From positions 15,939 through 79,938 of the forward strand of contig CAVZKO010000007.1 of NCBI GenBank assembly GCA_963775855.1: 64,000 nt of DNA, written 5' to 3'. Below, in pieces: positions 1 to 11,108 of this stretch (position 1 is its first letter; each line of letters begins with the position of its first letter). Position numbers and translations under genes: made by a program. The notes beneath the pieces were generated by a model that was given only the letters and a program-made list of their open reading frames with translations, ran no database searches and had not been told where the DNA came from. This DNA comes from an uncultured Chloroflexia bacterium. Its GTDB lineage: Bacteria > Chloroflexota > Limnocylindria > Limnocylindrales > CSP1-4.

Positions 1-1
1 G

Positions 2-463
2 CATCCGGGCGTCGCGCTCATGCTGGTCCGCTCCGCCGAATTCGGCGCGATGGCCATCGGCCGCGATGGGATCCGGTACCTCGATCAGGACCGCGTCGAA
101 GGCATCGACCCGACGACGCTCTTCGGCGAGCACACCGTGCATGAGCCTCAAGCGCGAGGATGCCATGACCCACGCGCCCGACATCCTCTTCCTGAGCCAG
201 TACGACCCGGAGCTCGGCGAGGTCGCCGCGTTCGAGGAGCTGATCGGCTCGCACGGTGGCCTCGGCGGTCCGCAGAACGAGCCGTTCATCCTCCACCCGG
301 CCGACTGGGAACTGGACGAGCCGGTCCCCTCGGCGCCCCGGCCATCTACCGCAACATCCGGCGCTGGCTCGAGTCGATCGACATCAAGCTCGGCCGACCG
401 ACGCAGGTTCCGGTGGAGCCGATCCAGGTGCCGGTGGCGGCGGTCGGCACCGAGGGTTCGTAG
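2..463 (+). CDS. C-terminal part of alkaline phosphatase / nucleotide pyrophosphatase superfamily protein (type often fused to a phage-holin-4 domain); 5' truncated, about 2 frameshifts
   Basis: Joining frames gives HPGVALMLVRS...APDILFLSQYDPELGEVAAFEELIGSHGGLGGPQNEPFILHP...GAPAIYRNIRRW; FEELxGSHGGLGG is the typical C-terminal motif of this family. Confidence 0.7.
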   Translation, partial: HPGVALMLVRSAEFGAMAIGRDGIRYLDQDRVEGIDPTTLFGEHTVHEPQARGCHDPRARHPLPEPVRPGARRGRRVRGADRLARWPRRSAERAVHPPPGRLGTGRAGPLGAPAIYRNIRRWLESIDIKLGRPTQVPVEPIQVPVAAVGTEGS

Positions 464-584
464 CGCCGCCCGCGGCACGAGTACCAGCACCTGATCGGAC
501 GCTGCTGGCCAGAACGTCGCCGAGTGACGGGATTCGATAATGGAGAACGGTGAAGGATCGTTCTCCTAGCAGGAGAGCGCGGTC

Positions 585-1349
585 ATGAGCTTGACCTTCG
601 AAGGGGCGTTTGTTTGGGGGCTCGTGGCGAGCTCCTCGCTCGTGATCGGCGCGGTGATCGCGTTTCTCGTCCACATCCCGTTGCGCGTGATCGGGCTGAT
701 CATGGGGTTCGGCGCGGGTGTCTTGATCAGCGCGGTCTCGTTCGATCTCATCGAGGAGGCGACCGCGGAGTCGTCCGGTACGGGATTCGTCGCTGCGGGA
801 CTCTTCCTCGGATGTCTGGTCTTCTTCATCGGCGATCGTCTGATCGACGGCCTGGGCGGGGGCGAGCGCAAGGATCCGACGAGGGGTGGCGCGAGGATCC
901 GACCGGTCGAAGGTGGCGGATCCTCCCTCTCGATCGTGCTCGGAACCGTTCTCGACGGGATCCCCGAATCGCTGGTGATCGGACTGACGATCTTCAAGGG
1001 CGGGGCGGTCGGCATCGCCTACCTGGCTGCGGTCTTCATCTCGAACCTGCCGGAGTCGATCTCTGCGTCCTCGGGCCTGCTCGCCGGCGGCTGGAAGAAA
1101 TCGAGAGTCCTCGGGATGTGGATCGGGATCGCGGCGATCTCGGCCGTGGCCTCGGTGCTCGGCTACACACTCTTCCAGGACGCCTCTCCGGACATCCTCG
1201 CCTTCGTCCTCGCATTCGCCGGTGGCGCGATCCTGACGATGCTGGCAAACACGATGATGCCCGAGGCGTTCGAGCACGGAGGCAAGCTGGTCGGGATCAT
1301 GGTGACGCTCGGATTCGCGGTCGCGTTCACGATCCACCTATTGGGTTGA
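585..1349 (+). CDS. ZIP family (GufA-like) metal transporter
   Basis: About 8 TM; GFGAGVLISAVSFDLIEEA, LDGIPES, ISNLPES and MMPEAF motifs; AGGAG RBS. Confidence 0.9.
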   Translation: MSLTFEGAFVWGLVASSSLVIGAVIAFLVHIPLRVIGLIMGFGAGVLISAVSFDLIEEATAESSGTGFVAAGLFLGCLVFFIGDRLIDGLGGGERKDPTRGGARIRPVEGGGSSLSIVLGTVLDGIPESLVIGLTIFKGGAVGIAYLAAVFISNLPESISASSGLLAGGWKKSRVLGMWIGIAAISAVASVLGYTLFQDASPDILAFVLAFAGGAILTMLANTMMPEAFEHGGKLVGIMVTLGFAVAFTIHLLG

Positions 1350-1424
1350 GCGTGCCCGCGACAGCATGCCGCCTTCCGCGGACACAAACGAAGGGCCCCT
1401 GATCTTGGACGGAGGAAACGCGCC

Positions 1425-2749
1425 GTGATCGACCCGCAGGTTCACGGAGGCCGTACCTACGCCTCATCCTTCTGGCGCTCGGTCTGGGCCTCGTGACGGC
1501 CACCATGACGTTCGCGTTCGTGTCGGTGGTCCGCGTCCTGTCAGACGGGCTGTGGGTCGAGGCCGCGGAGGCGATCGGGGTGCCGTTCAGTGTCTTCGCT
1601 CTCGTCGTCTGCTCGCTCGGCGGCCTGCTCGTTGGGGTCCTCGTAGCGATCTTCGGCGACCACTCCGGGATCTTCGCGGACGTGATGGCCGAATTCGGAC
1701 GGACCGGTCGGTTCGACTATCGAAACTCGCCCGGGATCCTCATCACCGCGATCCCATCCCTCGTGGCCGGCGGGAGCCTCGGCCCGGAGGCGCCGCTGGC
1801 GGACGCATCGGGTGGTCTCGGCACCATCATCGGCGACCGTCTCAAGCTCGACGCGCGAGAAACCAGGTCGCTGGGCTTCAACGGTGTCAGTGGCATGCTC
1901 GCCGCATTGATCACCTCGCCAATCAACGGGGCCGTGCTTGGCCTCGAGTCCGCCAAGGGCGCATTGTCTGGGATGGTTCTCCAGGCGTGGGTGCTGTTTC
2001 CGAGTCTCCTTTCGTCGTCGGTGGCCACGGTCGTCTTCGTCGGGTTGAGTGGCCACTTCTTCGGCACGCTCTACGTGTTTCCTGAGTATCAGCCGTCCCT
2101 ATCGCACCTCTTCGAGGCCATTCCTCTCGGCCTGCTCGGTGGCGTTGTCGGCGTCTCCTTCTTCGTGGTGCTCCGTGGGATGCAGCGAGCCATGCAGCCC
2201 CTGAAGTCGCACGTCATCTGGCGCGGGCTGCTCGGTGGGATCGGGCTCGGCATCGCGGGCGCGGTGCTGCCGCTGACCCTGTTCTCCGGCGAGGAACAGA
2301 CGATCGAACTCATCAACACGGCACCGGAGATCGGTGTGGCCACGCTCATCGCCCTGGCCGTCGTCAAAGCGCTCGTGACCTGCCTGTGCCTGGCCACTGG
2401 CTGGAAGGGTGGCTACGTCTTCCCGATCATGTTCGTGGGTGTCGCCCTTGGCCTCGCGGTGCACCTCATCTTCCCCGGCATCCCGGTCGCGGTGGCGGTG
2501 GCCGCAACACTAGGAGGGGCCCTCGTCGCGACCTTCCATGCACCCTTGTTCGCGGTCCTGTTCACGCTGGTCATGGTCCAGGCAGAGACCGCGCCCGTCG
2601 TGGCGATCGCCGTGGTCTGCGGGGGGCTACTGACCGGCGCGATCACGCTGTCCAGATTTAGGAGCTCTACGGCGGCGTCTGACTCGCCGGACGCCTCGGC
2701 TCCACCCGCGGCACCGGAGGATTCGAGGGCGCCGAACGGGGACGCGTGA
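1425..2749 (+). CDS. ClC family chloride channel / H+-Cl- exchanger (YfeO-like); probable 5' frameshift near 1450
   Basis: GSLGPEAP, LFSGEEQ and GWKGGYVFP ClC signature motifs; GGAGG RBS before GTG at 1425, out of frame with the 1493 ORF. Confidence 0.85.
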
Positions 2750-2798
2750 CGCTGGAAGGATGCGCGTCGCGATCATGCCCGGCAGTGAGGAGGAGGCC

Positions 2799-3620
2799 AT
2801 GGCGATGCAGACCACCGCAAACGCACCAACTGGCGTGAGCCAGGCCGAGCACAGCAACGCCTACAACATCTTCATGGTGTTCCTGACCGTCTTTTCGCTT
2901 GTCATCATGGTGTTGCTGCTCCTGCCCTTCGACGACGCGACGGTTACCCTCCTGAGGGTCTACGACAACGCCGTCTGCGTCATCTTCCTGATCGACTTCC
3001 TCGGTAACCTCGCGGTGTCGCGCCCAAAGCGGGACTACTTCATCACGCGCCGCGGTTGGCTCGACCTGATCGGCTCGATCCCCAGCCTCGGCATCATTCC
3101 CGCAGCCGGCCTCCTACGGATCGCACGTCTCAGCCGCCTGGTGCGGATCACCCGACTGCTTCGCGGAAGCAACAGGAAGCAACTCGTGCAGGACGTCGTC
3201 ACCAATCGCGGCCAGTACGCGCTATTCATTACGGTGCTATCCGGATTGATCGTCCTGTCCGTGTCCACGCTCCTGATGGTCCAGTTCGAGAGCCAGTCTC
3301 CGGATGCCAACATCACGACAGGCGGCGACGCCCTTTGGTGGGGCTTCACGACGATCACCACCGTCGGTTATGGCGACCAGTTCCCGGTGACGGCGCTTGG
3401 CCGGGCCGCCGCCGTGTTCGTCATGTTCGCCGGCGTCGGCATCATCGGTTCTCTAGCCAGCATCCTGGCCAGCATCCTCGTGCCCCAGCAGGCGCCCGAT
3501 GCACCCGGCGAGCCGCAGCCCGCCAGCGAAACCGTCGCCGCCGAGCTCGCCAGCATCAAGTCGGAGCTGGCTGCATTGCGCCAGATGCTCGCCGACACTC
3601 GACAGGGCCCGACCGCCTGA
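2799..3620 (+). CDS. Voltage-gated (KvAP-like, 6 TM) potassium channel
   Basis: S4 arginine repeat LLRIARLSRLVRITRLLR; selectivity filter TTITTVGYGD; C-terminal coiled coil. Confidence 0.92.
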   Translation: MAMQTTANAPTGVSQAEHSNAYNIFMVFLTVFSLVIMVLLLLPFDDATVTLLRVYDNAVCVIFLIDFLGNLAVSRPKRDYFITRRGWLDLIGSIPSLGIIPAAGLLRIARLSRLVRITRLLRGSNRKQLVQDVVTNRGQYALFITVLSGLIVLSVSTLLMVQFESQSPDANITTGGDALWWGFTTITTVGYGDQFPVTALGRAAAVFVMFAGVGIIGSLASILASILVPQQAPDAPGEPQPASETVAAELASIKSELAALRQMLADTRQGPTA

Positions 3621-3854
3621 GCGCCCTGGGCTCACTCCTCGATGTCATCCGTTCCGATGTACAGGTTCCATGCCGTCGGGCCATTTTGGTATGTAGGCGC
3701 CAGCCACCTGAAATGGCACACTGGGGCACGTAGCCGGCACTGGGAGGCGAGCGCTTGCCTTGATTGTGTGGGGCTTCCGCCGAGCACCCTACTGTCGACC
3801 CTCGCCCGGGGTGAGAGTTGCAACAACGGCTACCCCTGTAGGAGGAGTCTCCCC

Positions 3855-4715
3855 GTGACCGCGGTTCAGTTATTCGAGGCCGTCGCGCAGCTGGCCGGCC
3901 TGTTGTTCGTTGTCACGAGCATGCTCGCGATGGGGATGAGCCTGACGATCGCCCAGATCGTCGAGCCCTTACGCAACGCTCGGCTGGTCGTTCTCGCGCT
4001 CGTCGCGAACTTCGTGCTCGTACCGGCGCTCGCATATGTCATTGCCGCTGTCATCCCGATCGATGACGCCCTCCGGACGGGTCTGATCGTCCTCGCGGCC
4101 GCGGGTGGAGCCCCGTTCCTTCCGAAGCTGGTGCAGGTCGCCCGAGGGCCGATCGCCCTGGGCGTTGGTGTCATGGTGCTCCTGATGGTGGTTACGATCG
4201 CTTACCTCCCGATCGTGCTGCCGCTGCTGCTGCCTGGTGTGGAGGTGGACCCGTGGGCGATCGCACAGTCGCTGGTCGTGCTCATGCTGGTCCCGTTGGC
4301 TATCGGCCTGTTGATCCGGGCGAACGCTGCCGAGACGGCCGCTGAATACCAGCCTGTGTTCACGAAGGCATCGAGCCTCGCGATCGTGGTGCTGATGGTG
4401 GCCGGCCTGGTGCTCAGCGCTCGCAACATCCTCGGGCTCCTGGGAACGGGCGGGATCATCGCCTTGCTCCTGTTCGTCCTCGGCTCGCTCGCGATCGGCT
4501 TCGTCGTCGGTGGGCGCGACCCAGGCGTCCGCGGTGTGCTCGGCCTTGGAACTGCGCAGCGCAATGTCTCGGCGGCACTCGTCGTGGCCGCCCAGAACTT
4601 CGGAGCGGACACGCTGACATTCGTGCTGGTCGGGGCGATCGTCATGCTCCTGGTCTTGATGCCGGTCGCTCGTCGACTGGGCACCGTCATCGGGCCGTCC
4701 GCGGCTGCGACATGA
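3855..4715 (+). CDS. Bile acid:sodium symporter (BASS/Acr3-like) family transporter
   Basis: SMLAMGMSLT, ANFVLVP, GGAPFLPKL and GTAQRNVSAA motifs; GGAGG RBS before GTG 3855. Confidence 0.85.
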   Translation: MTAVQLFEAVAQLAGLLFVVTSMLAMGMSLTIAQIVEPLRNARLVVLALVANFVLVPALAYVIAAVIPIDDALRTGLIVLAAAGGAPFLPKLVQVARGPIALGVGVMVLLMVVTIAYLPIVLPLLLPGVEVDPWAIAQSLVVLMLVPLAIGLLIRANAAETAAEYQPVFTKASSLAIVVLMVAGLVLSARNILGLLGTGGIIALLLFVLGSLAIGFVVGGRDPGVRGVLGLGTAQRNVSAALVVAAQNFGADTLTFVLVGAIVMLLVLMPVARRLGTVIGPSAAAT

Positions 4716-4989
4716 GGAACACTCCGCGGGTGGAGCAGCTGTTTCGAAGTCTCCGCCGGTGTGCGCAGCGCTACCCCGAGTGGAGGCCCGATACAACCGG
4801 GCACACCTGCAGCTATTCGGTTCAAGGGCTACACGCCCAGGATCGACATTGCGGGCCGCTAGCGCCCAAACCGACCCTAACAACGCGAAATCGTGTCATG
4901 AAACCGTCGTCTGGTCGGGAGTCAACTGCCCGGATCAGGCCTCGCCGATGCCATTCTGAACTGGACCTGGTTGTCCACCGAAGCTACGA

Positions 4990-5136
4990 ACCCGTTCGGC
5001 GCCCTTCGGCGGCCGCAGCGGCTCGATCGGCGGGTACTTCGTTCGGGTCCGTCGCGTCGTAGGTCGTCAGGCCGACCCACTGCGGATCCGGGATCGGACG
5101 GTGGCGCCGATCATGATCGTCGTTGCCCCTGCTCAC
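4990..5136 (-). pseudogene. N-terminal remnant of a second arylsulfatase
   Basis: Frame-joined reading PIPDPQWVGLTTYDATDPN-KYPPIEPLRPPKGA-N matches the N-terminus of actinobacterial-type arylsulfatases; homology stops at about 4990, just before the expected VLxxLxDD motif. Confidence 0.7.
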
Positions 5137-5186
5137 CGCACGAACGGCGAGCGCCCTCGAACGGCGAGCCTCCGCGGCCCGCGCAC

Positions 5187-5876
5187 TTACGAGCTTCAGG
5201 ACCTCCGCCCCCTGCTCGTTGGCCGGCATCGGCTCCTCCCACTTGAAGCGCCGCGCAGCAACGCGGAAGGTGAAGCCGACGGCGAAGGCGATCAGCGTCG
5301 CCGGCCAGATCGTCAGGCCGAAGCCGGCGTCCGCGACGATGTAGACGATGCTCGTCAGGACCGCGGTGCCGACGAACCACTCGCCGCGAACGAAGTGCTG
5401 GGGCGTCACGCCGGACGTGATGTCGATCAGGAAGCGGCCGGCGGTGGGCCCGACGACGCCGATGAGGATGCAGGCGAGGTACGGAAGGTCCGCCTCGAGC
5501 GCCTTGTTGGCGCCGACGGCGGCGTACCACGGCAGCGAGAACGCCGACATGAAGTCGAACAGCCGGGCAGTCCGCGCCTGATCGAGCTGGCCAGAGATCC
5601 GCAGCGCCAGGAACCCCGCGACGGCGCACAGGATCAGGTACCAGGCGTTGGTGAACGCCGAAGGGATGTCGTTCAGCAGGACGTCGCGCGTCACGCCGCC
5701 GCCGATGCCCCCGAAGATGGCGAGCAGCAGGATGCCGACCACCGTGTATTTCCGGTAGTGCGACGGCTGGCGCGCCAGGAGCGCCCCGTTGAAGGCGTTG
5801 GTCGTCGCGGCGATCAGGTCGATGATCGTGAAGCTGCCGAGCGTCGAAGACGGCGAACGGCCGAGTCCAGGTTCAT
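5187..5876 (-). CDS. TRIC (trimeric intracellular cation channel, UPF0126/YadS-YicG) family protein; frameshifted near both ends
   Basis: Two repeats: GGIGGGVTRDVLL and GPTAGRFLIDITSGVTP; about 7 TM; ATG at 5876 with GGAG RBS; exact end uncertain. Confidence 0.8.
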
Positions 5877-5890
5877 GGCGCTCCGTCGAC

Positions 5891-7588
5891 CTAGCTCGGC
5901 TGTGGCGCCGGCATGGCGTCGGGCGTCGCCGGCGGCGGCAGCCGGAGCCGGCGGCCGTGTCCTGCTCGCGGTACTCCGCCAGCAGCCGATGCTCTTCGTC
6001 CTTGCGTGGGAACTTGAAGAAGACGAGCACCGCGCCGAGAAGGACCGCGATGATGCCCGCGAGGTAGGCCCACTGATCGCCGGCCAGGAACGACTCCTTG
6101 GCGGCCTGCGGTGATCTGCGGTGCTGTACTGCGGGTACTGCGCGGCGATGTCGGCGGCGCCGGCGATACGACATCGTGAGCTGGTTCTGGACGCTGGTGG
6201 TGAGGTCCGGGTTGGGCGGAGCGCCGGCAAGCGCGGCGGCGGCCGCGGCCGCGTATCCGGCGGTCAGCAGGGCGCCGAAGATCGACTGCATGATCGCGCC
6301 GCCGAGGTCGCGCTGGAGGTCGGCCGTCCCCGACGCCATGCCCGGCGCGGGTGACCGGCACTGAGCCGGTGAGCGAGCGCGACGCGGGAGTTCCGGCAAA
6401 GCCGACGCCGGTCCCGACGAGGCCGTAGCCCAGAGCGACGACGAGGTAGCTGGCTGCCTTCCCCCCATAGCAGGAGCATCGTGAGGAAGCCCGAGCATCA
6501 CGAACACGTAGCCGAGCAGGAGGGTGAACCGGGCGCCGCGCGCCTCGACGATGACCGCCGATCGCGGCGCGACGATGACCATCAGCAGCGCCGCCGGGAT
6601 GATCGCCGTGCCGGCCGTCGAGCGTCGAGTAGCCGAGCACGTTCTGAAGGTACTGCTGGCCGATGAACATCGCGCCCATCAGCGACCCGAAGACGATGAT
6701 GCCGGCCAGGGCCGCAACCCAGAACGTCGGCCGGGCGGCGATGTCGAGGTCGTACAGCGGGTCCTTGGTCCGTCGTTGACGGATGACGAAGGCGACCGCG
6801 GCCGCGATCGCGATGAGCGCCAGGCCGATGACCAGCGTCCCCATGTTCGGGACGGGCGCGAAGTTGATCGCCAGGATCAGCGTCCCGACGAGCAGCGCCG
6901 ACAGGATGCCGCCAAGGTTGTCGACGGGGTCGGTCGGTCTCGTTGACGTGGGCCGGCACGAACCGCCAGGCCATGAACAGCGCGACGGCCGCGAGCGGCA
7001 GCGTCACCAGGAAGACCGAGCCCCACATCGAACCGCTCGAGGAGGAAACCCGGCGACGAGCGGCCCGAGCGCCGCGATCGCGCCGCCGAGGGCCGACCAG
7101 AGGGCGATCGAGTGCGTCCGGCCGGGCCCGGCGCCCAGAGCGCGGTGATCAGGGCCAGCGTCGTCGGGTAGGCCATGCCTGCGGAGACGCCGCCGACGAT
7201 GCGGGCGCGCGATGAGGATCTCGATGCGTCGGCGCGAACGCGGCCACGAGGCAGGCCGGAATCGACAGCCCGATGCCGAGCAGGAGCAGCATCTTCCGGC
7301 CGTAGCGGTCGCCGAGGGCGCCCAGCCAGAGGACCGATGCCGCGAGGCCGAGCGAGTAGCCGACGGCGACCAGGTCCAGCGCGTCTGGGACGCCGTCGAA
7401 CGCCAGGCCGATCGACGGCAGGGCGACGTTCGCGACCGACAGGTTCAGGTTCGCGACGGCCGCGACGATGATCAGCGAGGCGAGGATCAAGCCTGCCCTG
7501 CGCAGGCCGCCAACTCCGCCCGCGGGAGGCGTGGACGCCACGACCTTCGGCTGGGCCGGATTGTCCGGCGCCGAGGTGGAGTCGGTCG
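5891..7588 (-). CDS. MFS transporter, DHA2/EmrB-QacA type; multiple frameshifts
   Basis: Fragments [74 protein letters not shown] occur in order across frames. Confidence 0.85.
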
Positions 7589-9905
7589 TTACTCGCGGGC
7601 CAGCATCGCGGCGGCCTCCTTCTCGAGATCGACGTACAGGTCGTCGCCGACGTTGACCTCGACCTGGTGGATCGTGCCGCCGGTGAAGCGTACGGCGACT
7701 TGTATTCCGCGCTCACCGGGTCGGCGGAGTCGCGACCGATGCAGAGGCCGTCGCCGCACAGGGTGAACGTCCCGAGCTGGGTGCGCATCGGCCCGCTCGC
7801 CACGACGTCCTCGTTCACGTAGAGCTTCGTGGTGCCGTGCGACTCGTCGTACTGGCCCATCGACTCCTTGGTGAACTCCATGCCGAGCATGTATTTGCCG
7901 GGTTTGAGCTTGTCGGAGACGAACTGCTGCTCCGGCGGGATGCCCAGGAAGTTGTAGACGTACCAGAGCTTCTGGTCCTTGAGGAACAGCGCGTGCCCGC
8001 CGAAGCGCGAGCCGTGGGCGAAGAGAACCCCGCCGCTTCGGGCGTGTCGATCGTCACGTCGGCCAGGATCCGGAAGGAGCGGCCGCGGATATTGGCGGCG
8101 ACCGACTTCTGGCACGTCGGCGGTGCCCGGGAAGTAGATGTAGGTGTCGCGCGGCGGCTCCGGCTGCGGCCGCGGATCGTTGATGATCTCGTCGGGAATG
8201 CGGTCGTCGAGCGGCAGCACGTTGTACTTGTCGGCCTCCTCGAACCAGGCTCGATCAGCTGCTTAGCTTCTCGGGCTCCTGGGCGAGTTCGTGCGCCTCG
8301 AGCGATCGACGTCGGCGTGGAAGAGCTCCCAGACGTCGTCATCGAAGTGGCCGAGGCCGGAGGTGGGGCCGTGCACGGTGACGGCCTTCCAGCCATCCTC
8401 CCAGATGCCGCGCGTGCCGAGCATCGCGTAGTACTGGCGCTTCTTCGGCGTCGGGGCATCGGCGTCGTCGAAGCTGTAGCGCATCGAGATGCCCGGCAGC
8501 GGCACCTGCTCGTGGCCGTTGAGCGTCTCCGGGAACTCCAGCCCGACAGCAGTCGAGGATCGTCGGCACGATGTCGGTCGAGTGGTGGTACTGGTGGCGT
8601 ACCTCGCCCTTGGCCTTGATGCCCTTCGGCCAGTAGATGACCAGCGGATCGCAGATGCCGCCCGGGTAGCTGTAGCGCTTGAACATCCGGAACGGGGTGG
8701 AGAAGGCCATCGCCCAGCCGGTCGGGTAGTGCTTGTAGGTGTTCGGGCTGCCCAGATCGTCGAGGTGCTTGATGTTCTCCGACATCTCGTCCGGCCAGCC
8801 GTTGAAGAACTTGTTCTCGTTGACCGAGCCGTTGGGGCTCCCCTCGCCCGAGGCGCCGTTGTCGGCGCAGTAGAAGATCAGGGTGTTCTCGAGCTGCCCG
8901 GTCTCCTCCAGGTAGTCGATGATCCGGCCGACCTGGGCGTCGGTGTACTCGGAGAAGCCGGCGTAGACCTCGGCCATGCGCGAGAAGAGCTTCTTCTCGT
9001 CGCGGAGAGCGAGCCCAGGGCCGCACGTCGTCGCCGGGGAGTGTGTCCCTTCGGGCATCGGGTTGATCGGCGTGAGCTGGGTGCCCTCGGGGAGGATGCC
9101 CTTCTCGATCATGCGCGGCAGGACCCACTCGCGGTAGGCCTCGTAGCCGTCGTCGAACTTGCCCTTGTACTTGTCGATGTACTCCTGCGGCGCGTGATGC
9201 GGCGCGTGGTTGGCGCCCGGGCAGAACCACATGAAGCAACGGGCGTGACGGGGCGCTCGCCTTGACGTCGCGGATCATCTGGATGGCCTGGTCGGCCAGG
9301 TCCTTGGAGAGGTGGTAGCCCTCTTCCGGCGAGTAGGGCTGGTCGATGTAGTGGTTGTCGCTGACCAGGTCCGGGTACCAGTGGTTGGTCTCGCCGCCGA
9401 GGAAGCCGTAGAAGCGGTCCCAGCCCTGATGCAGCGGCCAGGTGTCCTTCGTGCCACCCGGCGGCCAGCTCGTCGACCGGCACGTTGTGGTTCTTGCCCA
9501 GCCAGAACGTGTTCCAGCCGTTCTGCCGCATGACCTCGGCCAGCGTGCCGCAGGCGGGCGGGATGTGGGCGTTCGCGCCAGGGAAGCCGATCGAGCCCTC
9601 GGTGATGCAGGGCATGCCGTTCTGGTGGTGGTTGCGGCCGGTCAGGAAGGTCGAGCGGGTGGGCGAGCAGAGCGCGGTCGTGTGCCACTGCGAGTACATC
9701 AACCCGTTGTCGGCCAGCTTCTGCAGCGTCGGCATGTTGATCCGGCCGCCGAACGGCGACCACGCGGCCAGCCCCGTGTCGTCGTAGAGGACGATCAGGA
9801 CGTTCGGCGCACCCTTCGGGCGCCTTGGCGGCGATGAACGGCGTCCCAGTCGGGCGTGGAGTCGCGGACGTCGAGCTTGATCGTGCCCTTGAATGGTGTG
9901 GCCAT
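7589..9905 (-). CDS. Arylsulfatase (formylglycine-dependent, Cys type) with C-terminal ConA-like domain; many frameshifts
   Basis: APNVLIVLYDDTG, catalytic LCSPTRSTFLTGRNHH, GKNH, PGANHAPHH, ADNGASGEG; ends AAAMLARE-TAA at 7589. Confidence 0.9.
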
Positions 9906-10065
9906 CGCGATACCCCTTGCTGCCCGCGGGAGTGGGGATCACCGGCGGGCGCTCGCTTGCCGATCTGGTGCGGCGGCTCCAATGGCGCTCGCACCCACCG
10001 CAGAGGGTCCCTACTCTACCAAGCTGGCACAAGAGTGCGCGGGCAATATTGGCGCTCGCGCCGAC

Positions 10066-10239
10066 TGGCCGCTGGGACTGGGCCGGGTTCGACGGGACCG
10101 CTTCGCGGAACCGGCGCGCCAGTTCGTCGAGGCCGCGCGGACCATCGCGCCGTCCGTCTCGATTATCGAGCTCGAGCCGGGTGGCCAGGTCGAACTGGGA
10201 TCAGCCTACTGCGACGCGGCACCCGTGACGTCGAGCTGA
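10066..10239 (+). pseudogene. C-terminal remnant of an MBL-fold metallo-hydrolase (UlaG-like)
   Basis: WPLGLGRVRRDRFAEPARQFVEAARTIAPSVSIIELEPGGQVEL resembles the segment after the PIHWGT motif of these proteins; no start or N-terminal domain upstream. Confidence 0.55.
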
Positions 10240-10249
10240 CAACCTCCCG

Positions 10250-10828
10250 TCAGCCGGTCGCGCCCGCGGCGGTCGGCGTCTCCGGCAAGGATCGGGCCAC
10301 GAAGCCACTGACGATCCAGAGGATCCCTGCGAAAACGAGCTGCAATCCGACGAACAGCCCGATCGCGAGTCCGCTCACGGGAATCCCCGTCCACAGCCAG
10401 ATGCCCAGCAAGATATTGATCACGGCGACGGTGGCTGCAAGGCCTCGATGCTGCGTCGCACTTGAGAATGCGCCGATCAATCGAATGATGCCGTCCACGA
10501 CCAGAGCGATCGCGATAAAGATCGTCAGTGCAACGGCACCGCGCAGCGGATCGGCCACGACGTTGAAGCCGACGATGACATAGAGGACGCCGAGCAGCCC
10601 TAGGAGGACCCGCAGGCCGGTCGAACCGCCCATCACGAACGCTCCGACGATCTGGGCGATGCCGGCGAAGAGGACCATGACGCCGACGAAGACGACAGTC
10701 ACGAGCGTCGCGTCGACCACATTCCAGAGCGCGATCAGTCCGAGGATCAGGATCACGATGCCGATCCCGACCAACAACTTCCAACGCGCACGGAGCTGCG
10801 CGTCCGACGGGACACCGATGAACGTCAT
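10250..10828 (-). CDS. HdeD / DUF308 family membrane protein
   Basis: 6 short TM helices, W..LL..GI.L.ILG start, AIGLFVGLQLVFAGI end. Confidence 0.85.
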   Translation of the reverse strand: MTFIGVPSDAQLRARWKLLVGIGIVILILGLIALWNVVDATLVTVVFVGVMVLFAGIAQIVGAFVMGGSTGLRVLLGLLGVLYVIVGFNVVADPLRGAVALTIFIAIALVVDGIIRLIGAFSSATQHRGLAATVAVINILLGIWLWTGIPVSGLAIGLFVGLQLVFAGILWIVSGFVARSLPETPTAAGATG

Positions 10829-11108
10829 GCGCGTCTCACCTCTTCTTCGTGCGCCGATGCTACCACCGGGGATCAGGGGCGACGCGCTCGGCCAGACGTC
10901 GCTGACCGTCAGTGACCGGGACTCCGTCACGGGCTGCTCGTCGGTCGATTCGGACGGTGAATGTCCTCCGAATTGCCCGGACAAGTCGGCCCGGGCGGTC
11001 GGCGCTCACGCACCGATCGCGTTCTATCACCCGAAATGGATGAACGGCTGGTCGCAGCTTAGGATATCTTCGGGTCGTTGATCACGATTATGGCAGGAGG
11101 AGATCAGG

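Noticed and set aside
5034-5045. GTACTTCGTTC resembles part of a nanopore adapter near the block junction
   Set aside because: Only 11 nt, and explained by codons of the sulfatase remnant (PN-KYP)
4984-6582. 532-aa ORF suggesting an MFS-TRIC-sulfatase fusion
   Set aside because: Mosaic of frames produced by indels; separate stop (5891) and RBS/ATG (5876) are visible
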